From positions 290,571 through 354,570 of the forward strand of contig CAKOKD010000001.1 in assembly GCA_934090935.1 (NCBI GenBank): a DNA stretch of 64,000 bases, written 5' to 3'. The stretch is from an uncultured Bacilli bacterium (GTDB taxonomy: Bacteria; Bacillota_I; Bacilli_A; RF39; UBA660). The translations under genes were made by a program, and so were the position numbers. Positions 38,379 to 46,805 of this stretch are shown here, piece after piece (within the stretch, counting starts at the first letter, position 1; every line of letters starts with the position of its first letter). The notes below the pieces were generated by a model that did not search any database, was not told where the DNA came from, and saw only the letters and a list, made by a program, of their open reading frames with translations.

Positions 38379-40013
38379 ATGAGTAAAATTAAAATATTTG
38401 GGCTTGGTGGCCTAAATGAAATAGGTAAAAATACCTATGTAATAGAAATAGATGGTAAAATTTTTATAATGGATGCCGGTATAAAATATGCAAATGATTC
38501 TATGTATGGAATCGATTATATTTTACCTAACTATAAATATTTAGAAGACAATAAAGAAAGAATGGTTGGTGTTTTTTTAACACATGCACATCAAGAAAAT
38601 ATGGGTGGTGTTTTCGATTTAGTAGAACATCTACCTAAAATTAAAGTTTATGCAACAAAATATACAAAAGAGTTATTATTGATGAATGGTATGAAAGAAA
38701 AGAACATTGTTGATGTTGTTGCTAATCATAAAATTGGCTTTAAAAACGTTTCAGTATTTCCAATAAATGTAAGTCATTCAGTTCCTGATGCTGTTATGTA
38801 TGTTATAAATACTCATGATGGAGCAATTGTTTATACAGGGGACTTTATAATAGATCCAACTATGAGTGGAGCTTATTCCATGGATTTAGGAAAAATTGCT
38901 TATGTTGGTAAACAAGGTGTTTTATGTTTAATGGCTGAATCTGTTTTTTCAGAAAGAAAGGGACATACTTCTCCACACCATAGATTAACTAACTGGTTTA
39001 AGGATACTTTTAATCATGCGGATGGAAGAATTATTATTACGACTCTTCCTGTACATTTACATACGATTCAAGAGATATTTGATGCAGCTAAAAATATGCA
39101 TAAAAAGATTGTTGTTATGGGGAAAAGACTTCAAAATATTATAAATATGGCGATGAAAAACGGTTATTTGAATGTTTTACCTAGTATACTTGGAGATTTA
39201 AACGATATCGATTCAGATAATTCCATTTTACTTGTTTGTGATGATCGTGAAAGACCTTATGCAACAGTTGATAAGATTGTTAATGGAAACGATAAATTTA
39301 TCACTTTAAAACCTACGGATACAGTTGCATTTGCAGAGCCTAAATATGATGCAACTGAAAAAACTTTTGTTGGTATTCAAGATGAGATAGCTATGATGGG
39401 AGCAAATGTTGTTACTTTACCTAATACGTATACGATTTTACATCATGCTAGTCAAGAAGATTTGATGATTATGTTAAATCTTGTTAATCCTAAGTATTAT
39501 ATGCCTGTTAAGGGTGAATATAGATCAATGGTTAATAATGCTAATCTAGCAACAGAACTTGGTATGAAGCCAGAAAATATTTTATTGAAACAAAACGGTG
39601 ATGTTGTAGAGTTTGTTGATGGAGTTTTACAGGATAAATTTGAGACTATCAAAGTTGATGATGTTTTAATCGATGGAAAAAGCAGTGATGATGTCGGTGA
39701 ACTTGTTATTAAAGATAGAGAAATGCTTGGTGAAAATGGTATTATGCTAATAAGTGCCACTTTAGATAAACAAACAAAGAGAATTCTTGTTGGTCCTGAA
39801 GTTACTACTCGTGGATTTATTTATGTTAAAGATTCTTATGATATGATTGAAGAAATAAAGCGAATTGCTGTTAATATAATTGAGAATAATACAACACCAA
39901 CTTATGTTGATTATAATCAAATTAAAAATGAAATCAGAGAAGAACTAAGCAAGTATTTCTTAAATGAAACAGAAACTAAACCAATGATTATTGCTGTTAT
40001 TCAAGAGGTATAA
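38379..40013 (+). CDS. RNase J-like beta-CASP metallo-beta-lactamase with a divergent motif II (HAHQEN in place of HxHxDH)
   Basis: KIFGLGGLNEIGKN...VFLTHAHQENMGG...; about 545 aa typical of RNase J. AGGAGA RBS 9 nt before ATG 38379. Confidence 0.8.
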   Translation: MSKIKIFGLGGLNEIGKNTYVIEIDGKIFIMDAGIKYANDSMYGIDYILPNYKYLEDNKERMVGVFLTHAHQENMGGVFDLVEHLPKIKVYATKYTKELLLMNGMKEKNIVDVVANHKIGFKNVSVFPINVSHSVPDAVMYVINTHDGAIVYTGDFIIDPTMSGAYSMDLGKIAYVGKQGVLCLMAESVFSERKGHTSPHHRLTNWFKDTFNHADGRIIITTLPVHLHTIQEIFDAAKNMHKKIVVMGKRLQNIINMAMKNGYLNVLPSILGDLNDIDSDNSILLVCDDRERPYATVDKIVNGNDKFITLKPTDTVAFAEPKYDATEKTFVGIQDEIAMMGANVVTLPNTYTILHHASQEDLMIMLNLVNPKYYMPVKGEYRSMVNNANLATELGMKPENILLKQNGDVVEFVDGVLQDKFETIKVDDVLIDGKSSDDVGELVIKDREMLGENGIMLISATLDKQTKRILVGPEVTTRGFIYVKDSYDMIEEIKRIAVNIIENNTTPTYVDYNQIKNEIREELSKYFLNETETKPMIIAVIQEV

Positions 40014-40016
40014 TTT

Positions 40017-40145
40017 ATGGGATATAAAGTAAATACTAATAAGAATTTAGTTGAAGAAGAATTAATGAAAAAATTGATGGAATGTGGTATTGAAATCACT
40101 TATCCAGAAGAAAAGGATGATAAGAAAGAAACTAAGAAAAAATAG
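40017..40145 (+). CDS. small ORF (42 aa, MGYKVNTNKNLVEEELMKKLMECGIEITYPEEKDDKKETKKK)
   Basis: AGAGGTA RBS 6 nt upstream, directly after the RNase J stop; lysine-rich tail. Confidence 0.35.
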   Translation: MGYKVNTNKNLVEEELMKKLMECGIEITYPEEKDDKKETKKK

Positions 40146-40264
40146 TTTCTTTTCTTTTTTTGAAGAAAAACAAATATTTAACGTTATATATATTGGTAGG
40201 AGGTATTTAACAATTGATTTAAAAAATAAAATAATATAAAATATAAGTTAAGGAAGTGAGACTC

Positions 40265-41545
40265 ATGAAAAATAGTTTGTTACCAGCTGATACATATACA
40301 ATTATCAATCAAACTATTTTGACTGAAGTTGATAAAAAAATAATTATTTCTTTATATGAACCAATTATTGGTCCAATAGCTGTAAGTCTTTATTTAACTC
40401 TTTGGGCTGATTTAGATAAACTTGAGTTAATGAGTAAAGATTTTACACATCATCATTTGATGACTATTTTAAAAACTAAGTTAGTCGATATTGAAAACGC
40501 TAGAAAAAGTTTGGAAGCTGTTGGTTTATTAAAAAGCTATATTAAAAGAAATGATAATATAAATGAATATTTATATGAACTATATTCTCCTTTAAGTGCT
40601 AGTGAGTTTTTAAATCATCCGGTTTTGAGTATTTTACTTTTAAATAACATTGGAGAAAATGAATATAATATCATTTTAAATAATTATAAAAGGCATAATT
40701 TTAGTAAAAGTGATTATGAAGAAATTACTTCAAGTATGAATGAAACATTTAAATCGGTTAATGAAAGTATTTATGAAGAAAATATAAGAAGTGTTAAAAA
40801 GTTGGGAGTTAATATTGAATCTTCTATTGATTTTGAACTTTTAGAATCGACTTTACCAAAAGGATTGGTTACAAGTAAGACTTTCAACAAAAAAACTAGA
40901 GATTTAATTAATCAATTGGCATTTATTTATAATATTGATTCCATTAAAATGAGTGAAATAATTAGACTTGTTATTGATGAATATGGAATAATTAATAAAG
41001 ATAAACTTAGAATAGCAACTAGAAAAAATTATGAGTATAACAATAATGGAAGTTTACCAACTATTGTTTATAGGACTCAACCTGAGTATTTAAAAAGTCC
41101 AAGTGGAGATCTTTCTAATAGGGGTAAAATGATTCATGTATTTGAAAATACTAAACCTTATGATTTCTTAAAAAGTAAAAATAAAGGTATTAAACCAACT
41201 AGTCGTGATTTAAAATTGCTTGAACATTTAGCTGTTGATTTTGATTTACCTCCTGGAGTTATTAATGTTCTTGTGGATTATGCTCTACTTGTTAATAATG
41301 GTAAGCTTAATTCGGCATATTTAGAAACCATAGCAGGAGATTGGTCAAGAAGAAATGTTAAGACAGTTGAAGATGCGATGAGTATTGCTGAAAAAGGGCA
41401 TAAGAAAAATGTTAAGGTAGTAAAAGAGATTACTAAGAAGGATGTTTTAAATGTACCTGCTTGGATGGATAAAGATAATAAAAGCGAGGAAATGAGTGAA
41501 GAAGAACTTGCAGAACTTGAAAGTATGTTTGAAGAATTTAGGTGA
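40265..41545 (+). CDS. dnaB: replication initiation / membrane attachment protein (Firmicutes DnaB-type helicase-loader partner)
   Basis: Position immediately upstream of, and coupled to, dnaI; size and composition fit DnaB/DnaD-like proteins. AAGGAAGTGA RBS. Confidence 0.5.
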   Translation: MKNSLLPADTYTIINQTILTEVDKKIIISLYEPIIGPIAVSLYLTLWADLDKLELMSKDFTHHHLMTILKTKLVDIENARKSLEAVGLLKSYIKRNDNINEYLYELYSPLSASEFLNHPVLSILLLNNIGENEYNIILNNYKRHNFSKSDYEEITSSMNETFKSVNESIYEENIRSVKKLGVNIESSIDFELLESTLPKGLVTSKTFNKKTRDLINQLAFIYNIDSIKMSEIIRLVIDEYGIINKDKLRIATRKNYEYNNNGSLPTIVYRTQPEYLKSPSGDLSNRGKMIHVFENTKPYDFLKSKNKGIKPTSRDLKLLEHLAVDFDLPPGVINVLVDYALLVNNGKLNSAYLETIAGDWSRRNVKTVEDAMSIAEKGHKKNVKVVKEITKKDVLNVPAWMDKDNKSEEMSEEELAELESMFEEFR

Positions 41546-41550
41546 TAATA

Positions 41551-42459
41551 ATGGAAAAATTAAGTGAACTTACAAAGGTTGATAAAGATAAACTTGATCG
41601 AGAACTTTTAAAAAGCTATGTTGAAGCATGTAAAGATGAAGACTTTAAAAAAATGATAAAAAAGTTGGATATAAGTGAAGATGTAGCTATAAAGTATACA
41701 ACTAAACTTGAACGTACTAGTAAAGAACTTAAAAACTGTAGTAAATGTAAAGGTGTTTTGGAATGTAAAAATGCGGTTAATGGATGTGTATATTTTCCTA
41801 AAAGTGTTGGTAATCGTCTTAACTTTGATTATGTAGAATGTAAATTTAAACGTGAATATGAAAAAAAGGAACTTTTAAAAACTGAATGCTTCAGTGAGCC
41901 ATTAAGTATTAAAAATGCTTCAATGAAAGATATTGATTTAACCGACAAAAAAAGAAAAGATGTTATTAAGTGGATAAATAATTTCTATAAAGAATATCAA
42001 AAGGATAAAAATATCAAAGGTTTATACCTTCATGGTTCATTTGGATCTGGCAAAAGCTATTTAATTGCTGCTTTATTTAATGAACTATCAAAACTTGGTG
42101 TTAAATCTATCATAGTTTGTTATCCAGAACTTTTAAGAAGTTTAAAAGAATCCTTTAATGATGATTTTGAAGATCGAATGTATAAACTTAAAACAACGGA
42201 TTTGCTTCTTATTGATGACATCGGTGCCGAAAGCGTAAGTCCTTGGAGTAGAGATGAAATTTTAGGAACTATTTTACAATATAGAATGGATGCTAAGATA
42301 CCGACGTTTTTTACATCTAACTTGAATAAAGAGGAACTGATTAGTCATCTTGCTTATACTAAAAATGGTGTTGATATGGTTAAAGCAAAAAGAATTATTG
42401 AAAGAATTAATCAACTAACTGCTGATATGGAACTTATAAGTGAAAATAGAAGAAAATAA
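41551..42459 (+). CDS. dnaI: primosomal helicase loader DnaI
   Basis: N-terminal Cys cluster (CSKCKG...C..C) and AAA+ Walker A GSFGSGKSYL, Walker B LLLIDDIG. Confidence 0.8.
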   Translation: MEKLSELTKVDKDKLDRELLKSYVEACKDEDFKKMIKKLDISEDVAIKYTTKLERTSKELKNCSKCKGVLECKNAVNGCVYFPKSVGNRLNFDYVECKFKREYEKKELLKTECFSEPLSIKNASMKDIDLTDKKRKDVIKWINNFYKEYQKDKNIKGLYLHGSFGSGKSYLIAALFNELSKLGVKSIIVCYPELLRSLKESFNDDFEDRMYKLKTTDLLLIDDIGAESVSPWSRDEILGTILQYRMDAKIPTFFTSNLNKEELISHLAYTKNGVDMVKAKRIIERINQLTADMELISENRRK

Positions 42460-42516
42460 ATTTCTTGAAAAGTTTTATTTAATATCTTATAATTAATATA
42501 GAAACGTGGTGCGAGA

Positions 42517-43713
42517 ATGAAAAAAAGTTTGATATTTATTATTGGTATTTTTATGTTTGCTTCATCAACTGTTTTAGCTGCTCCAACTGGTTCAAGTGGA
42601 ATAAGTTTTGGTGAATGTTATAGATTTGCTGATGGTTTTAAAACGATTGGAACAAATGAGGGAAGTTATTACTATAAATATTGCTATAGAGCAACTTGTG
42701 GAAGTGATTCTAAATATAGCTTAGATCCAATGACGACACTTTCTTCTTATCGTTGTGAAAATGGAAATTATGATCCTTATAGTCAAATCACAAGCGATGG
42801 ATGTAGCAAATATAGTGGAACTTGTAAACAAGGAAGCAATCCTTATTGTACTAGAGTAGAATTTGTTGATTGTAACAGAAAAAAAGATGGAAGTGCATAT
42901 TCTAATGGTGGAACTGTAACACCAACTCAACCATCAAATAATACAACGACGACTCCAAGCAATAATAAAACAACAACGACGAAAGCTAGTGGTGGAAGAA
43001 AAACAACAACAACTCGTCGTGCTATAACAACTGGTTTTACAGCACCTACGACTACTACAACTACAACAGTACAAATCTCAAATAATAACAATATTAAGAG
43101 TATAAAAATCAATAATCAAGATATAAGATATAAAGCTGATAAGGATACTTACTCGCTTAAACTTCCTTATGATATGGCTAATATCGACGTAACAGTAGAA
43201 CTTGAGAGCAAAAGAGCTACATATGAGGTTGTTGGTAATACAAATATGCCAAATGAAGACACAGTTGTAAAGGTTATTGTAACAGCTGAAAATGGTGATA
43301 AAAGAGAGGTCACATTTAATGTAACTCGTTATAGTGTTGAGACAAGTGATTGTACACTTGCTAATATATATATTGAAGATTATGATATTGAGTTTTCTAA
43401 AAATAAATATGAATATGCTTTAACTTTACCAAAAAATGTAAAATCATTGGATATCGTAGTTGTACCTACACAAGAACAAAGTGCAACTTATGAGATACGT
43501 GGAAATGAAAGTTTAAAAAATAAAAGTGTTATCGATATAATTGTTTTAAGCGCAGATGGAAATGAATGTAATTATCAAATAAAAATCAAAAAGACTTCTA
43601 ACACTTGGAAATATGTTCTATTGATTATATTGCTTACTGGAGCGTTAGGAACAGCTATATACTTCTTATATAAATTCTTGAAGAAAAGTAAAGGAAAATA
43701 TAAATACGAATAA
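42517..43713 (+). CDS. cell-surface protein: signal peptide, Cys-rich head, Thr-rich linker, three cadherin-like repeat domains, C-terminal TM anchor
   Basis: Signal peptide MKKSLIFIIGIFMFASSTVLA. TTTTPSNNKTTTTK...TTTTTTTV linker. About 75-aa repeats x3 (e.g. SLKLPYDMANIDVTVELESKRATYEV / ALTLPKNVKSLDIVVVPTQEQSATYEI). TM LLIILLTGALGTAIYFLY plus KK-rich tail. Confidence 0.7.
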   Translation: MKKSLIFIIGIFMFASSTVLAAPTGSSGISFGECYRFADGFKTIGTNEGSYYYKYCYRATCGSDSKYSLDPMTTLSSYRCENGNYDPYSQITSDGCSKYSGTCKQGSNPYCTRVEFVDCNRKKDGSAYSNGGTVTPTQPSNNTTTTPSNNKTTTTKASGGRKTTTTRRAITTGFTAPTTTTTTTVQISNNNNIKSIKINNQDIRYKADKDTYSLKLPYDMANIDVTVELESKRATYEVVGNTNMPNEDTVVKVIVTAENGDKREVTFNVTRYSVETSDCTLANIYIEDYDIEFSKNKYEYALTLPKNVKSLDIVVVPTQEQSATYEIRGNESLKNKSVIDIIVLSADGNECNYQIKIKKTSNTWKYVLLIILLTGALGTAIYFLYKFLKKSKGKYKYE

Positions 43714-43715
43714 AA

Positions 43716-43740
43716 AGAGACTTAACTCTTTTTTTTTGAT
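43716..43740 (+). terminator. intrinsic terminator
   Basis: AAAGAGACTTAACTCTTT plus T9. Confidence 0.6.
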
Positions 43741-43780
43741 GTAAAAAAATGTATAATCATTATAGAATAGGATTGATAAT

Positions 43781-44266
43781 ATGAGAGATTCGATAAATGG
43801 ACTTTGGTTGATTGGAATTGTAATGACTCTTATGGTGTTTTTGATAGCTTTTGTTGCTATAAGTTTGAATTATAGCAATGCTTTTAGAATGAAAAGTGAA
43901 ATGGCAAATGCAATTGAACAATATAATGGGATAAATGGAAACACTATAAACAGATTGGAATCTATTGCTAATAATTATGGTTATAAAACAACTAAAACTT
44001 GTCATAAACCGGAAGATGTTGAAAGCATTATTGGAGTAAAGGACGGATATGTTACTAAAAATCCTAAGAGTGCCCAAAATTATTGCATTTATAGAACAAG
44101 TTATTCAGGAAGTTGTAACTCTTCATATACATGTGATACTAAATATACATATAACATCGATGTGTTCTTTACATTTGATTTACCACTTTTTGGAAATGTA
44201 TTTACGTTTACGGTAAGCGGAGAAACAAGCGAAATATTATATCCTGAGGAAGCTTATCTAAATTAA
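43781..44266 (+). CDS. TadE-like pseudopilin candidate
   Basis: N-terminus MRDSINGLWLIGIVMTLMVFLIAFVAISL (charged start then one TM); paralog of the 44643 gene. Confidence 0.4.
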   Translation: MRDSINGLWLIGIVMTLMVFLIAFVAISLNYSNAFRMKSEMANAIEQYNGINGNTINRLESIANNYGYKTTKTCHKPEDVESIIGVKDGYVTKNPKSAQNYCIYRTSYSGSCNSSYTCDTKYTYNIDVFFTFDLPLFGNVFTFTVSGETSEILYPEEAYLN

Positions 44267-44356
44267 TTGGTGTAAATTTTACATAAAATAATTGAATATG
44301 CAAAATAATAATAGTATAATTGGTTTATATAAGAGAATAGGAGATGTGTATTTTTT

Positions 44357-44620
44357 ATGAAAGATGCAACAGGAGAATTAAGTATGACTGCAGTAGCTGT
44401 AGTAGCAATAGCAGCAATATCAGTAGTGTTTACTACATTAATCTGGCCTTCAATAAAAGCTAATATTGTAAGATCAACTCATTGTACTGAAGCTTTTTCT
44501 TGCGATTGTAGTGGAAGCGGAAGTTTATGTTCTTGTAAATATTTAGACACTGATGGCGAAACTGAAATAGATGTAAAATGTCCAAAGAAAGACATGGAAG
44601 GAACATCTGCTGAAGGTTAA
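44357..44620 (+). CDS. small Cys-rich membrane protein, possible Flp-family pilin (start uncertain: 44357 or 44387)
   Basis: MKDATGELSMTAVAVVAIAAISVVFTTLIW resembles the Flp leader (G then a hydrophobic helix), but AGGAGA sits 7 nt before the internal ATG 44387. Confidence 0.3.
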   Translation: MKDATGELSMTAVAVVAIAAISVVFTTLIWPSIKANIVRSTHCTEAFSCDCSGSGSLCSCKYLDTDGETEIDVKCPKKDMEGTSAEG

Positions 44621-44642
44621 TAATTATTGGAGATGATAACGC

Positions 44643-45137
44643 ATGAGAGAAGCGATAGGTGCTACATGGATAATGGGAATCGTAATTGCTTTCATTGCGT
44701 TATTTTCAGGTTTCCTAGCTTTTTCAATCAATTATTCTAAAGCATTTAAGGTAAAAAATGGAATAGTTGAAAGAATTGAAAAATATAATGGTTTAAGTGA
44801 AGAAGCGAAAGACGATATCACTTCTTTTTTAAAGGAAATCGGATATAATGCAACAGGAAGCTGTGAGACACTTTTATCTGACGAAAACCTAAAATTTGCG
44901 GGTTTTAGAATAGATGAAGGAACTACTTCTCATCCAAATAAAAATGAAAAGTATAATTTTTGTATACAAAAAATTCATTCAAACTCTGGAACTGGTCAAA
45001 TGAGTACAGCTTATTATAAAGTTTATGTATTCTTTTCTTTATCGATTCCGGTTATAGAACAGTTTACAAAATTCAATGTAACTGGAGAAACTAAAAATAT
45101 TTATTTTCCTAAAGATGGAAGTACTTTTGGAGGTTAA
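44643..45137 (+). CDS. TadE-like pseudopilin candidate
   Basis: MREAIGATWIMGIVIAFIALFSGFLAFSI, similar to 43781. Confidence 0.4.
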   Translation: MREAIGATWIMGIVIAFIALFSGFLAFSINYSKAFKVKNGIVERIEKYNGLSEEAKDDITSFLKEIGYNATGSCETLLSDENLKFAGFRIDEGTTSHPNKNEKYNFCIQKIHSNSGTGQMSTAYYKVYVFFSLSIPVIEQFTKFNVTGETKNIYFPKDGSTFGG

Positions 45138-45140
45138 TTT

Positions 45141-46112
45141 ATGAATGTTGTAACAGCTAATGAAAATAAAAACATAATCGATAGACTAGATTTCGATATT
45201 ATAAAAAGAATAGATGGTGAGTATGAACTAACTGATTTGATGAGTAAACTTACCAATCTTTATTACAATAAAATCGTTATTGATATAACATCTATAAAGG
45301 ATTATCGAAATATGAACTTGTTTAATGAGTTAAAGAAATATGTTGATCCCAATAAGGTTATAATTCTACTTAACAGTGATTCTATTGTAAATAGTCGAGA
45401 ATATATATCCAATATGATCAAGGCTGGATTTTATAATTTCAGTCGTAACTTTGAAGGAATCAAATTTTTATATGGAACTCCAAATGATTATGAAAAAGTC
45501 AAACATTTTATTCAAGAAGATATCGATATTATTCCAATAGAAATAGAAGAAATTCCGGAGGAACCATCCCTTGCATTCACTGGCAAAAAGATTATTGGTT
45601 TAGTTGATTTAACTGATCATGCTGGGGCAAGCACACTTACAAATATGATGGTTCGACAACTTAATAACAATGGATATAAAGCTTATGGAATTGAGATGTT
45701 TAGACAAGATTTGATATATTATAGAAGCGATAGTTTATTTTCATGTATGAATAAAAATGATTTGGATATCAAACTTAGAAGTTTAAATGACGCTGAAGCA
45801 ATTATTATTGATTTAAATGAATTTGGTGAAAAAGAGAAGTATTGCGATGATATTTTGTATTTGGTTGAGCCATCCTATATTAGACTTACCAAATTGCTTA
45901 GAAAAAATAAAAATGCTTTTTTAGATCATAAGAATGATAAAATCGTTTTAAATATTAGTTTTGTAACTGAATATGATAAAAGCGATTTTGAATATGAATT
46001 AAAGTGTAAAGTATTTGATAATATTCCACCAATCAATGATAGAAACAAAAATAGCGGTGAAATCAACGATTTATTATATAAATTAGGATTCAAAAATGTA
46101 AAAAAAGTGTAA
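45141..46112 (+). CDS. TadZ/CpaE-like protein with a degenerate Walker A (receiver-like N-domain plus ParA/MinD-like fold)
   Basis: IIGLVDLTDHAGASTLTNMM sits where KGGVGKT would be; AIIIDL Walker B-like. Confidence 0.35.
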   Translation: MNVVTANENKNIIDRLDFDIIKRIDGEYELTDLMSKLTNLYYNKIVIDITSIKDYRNMNLFNELKKYVDPNKVIILLNSDSIVNSREYISNMIKAGFYNFSRNFEGIKFLYGTPNDYEKVKHFIQEDIDIIPIEIEEIPEEPSLAFTGKKIIGLVDLTDHAGASTLTNMMVRQLNNNGYKAYGIEMFRQDLIYYRSDSLFSCMNKNDLDIKLRSLNDAEAIIIDLNEFGEKEKYCDDILYLVEPSYIRLTKLLRKNKNAFLDHKNDKIVLNISFVTEYDKSDFEYELKCKVFDNIPPINDRNKNSGEINDLLYKLGFKNVKKV

Positions 46113-46117
46113 TATTG

Positions 46118-46146
46118 TTGACAAATCACAATTATTTAAATTATAA
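46118..46146 (+). promoter_or_regulatory. sigma-A-type promoter TTGACA-17-TATAAT before the 46177 ORF
   Basis: TTGACAAATCACAATTATTTAAATTATAAT. Confidence 0.5.
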
Positions 46147-46176
46147 TGTTTATATGAAAAGAGAGAAGGTATATTA

Positions 46177-46521
46177 ATGATCGGATTTGATTTAGGAGAT
46201 TTTTGTGATAGTACAAAAGATATAATGCAATTTATAGGTTATATTTTAACTGTTGTTAAACTAGCTATACCTCTATTAATCATTGCTTTTGGTATTTTTG
46301 ATTTAGGTAAAGCTGTTACTGCTGGAAAGGATGATGAAACTAAAAAAGCTGCAAAGACTTTGATGTGGAGAGCTATTGCAGGTGTATTTATCTTCTTTAT
46401 CCCAAGTGTAGTTATTTGGTTATTTGGAACAATAAGTGGTTATAATGATGCATCAGCTGCTGATGGTAACGGATTCAAAAAGTGTTCTGATTGTTTACTT
46501 GAACCATGGAATTGTAATTAG
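46177..46521 (+). CDS. small membrane protein (2 TM) with a Cys-rich C-terminus (CSDCLLEPWNCN)
   Basis: GAGAAGGT RBS; two hydrophobic helices. Confidence 0.5.
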   Translation: MIGFDLGDFCDSTKDIMQFIGYILTVVKLAIPLLIIAFGIFDLGKAVTAGKDDETKKAAKTLMWRAIAGVFIFFIPSVVIWLFGTISGYNDASAADGNGFKKCSDCLLEPWNCN

Positions 46522-46632
46522 TTGACAATGTGTCAACTTTTTTTATGAGATTTTAGGCATTTTGTTATATAATTATTCTATATTCGACATTTATTTTTTT
46601 ATTTTTCTTGTAGACTATAGTTGGTGAAAATT

Positions 46633-46803
46633 ATGAAAGTTAAAGTAATCGATGAATCTCATGAGGAGGATTTAGAAAAAAGTGTTAATGCATTTATCAG
46701 TGATGTTGAAGTCATCGACATCAAATTTCAGGTAAGTGTCGGCATATTTGCTGAGGAACAGATTTATTGCTTTTCGGCGATGATTATATATAAAGAAGGT
46801 TAG
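46633..46803 (+). CDS. Cse60-like small sporulation protein
   Basis: MKVKVIDESHEEDLEKSVNAFI...YCFSAMIIYKE resembles the sigma-E-controlled Cse60/YteV family; sits next to a SpoVB-like flippase. Confidence 0.45.
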   Translation: MKVKVIDESHEEDLEKSVNAFISDVEVIDIKFQVSVGIFAEEQIYCFSAMIIYKEG

Positions 46804-46805
46804 TT

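Noticed and set aside
42927-43112. Minus-strand ORF 42927-43112 encoding poly-Val (VVVVVV)
   Set aside because: Antisense image of the ACN-codon Thr-rich linker of the 42517 surface protein
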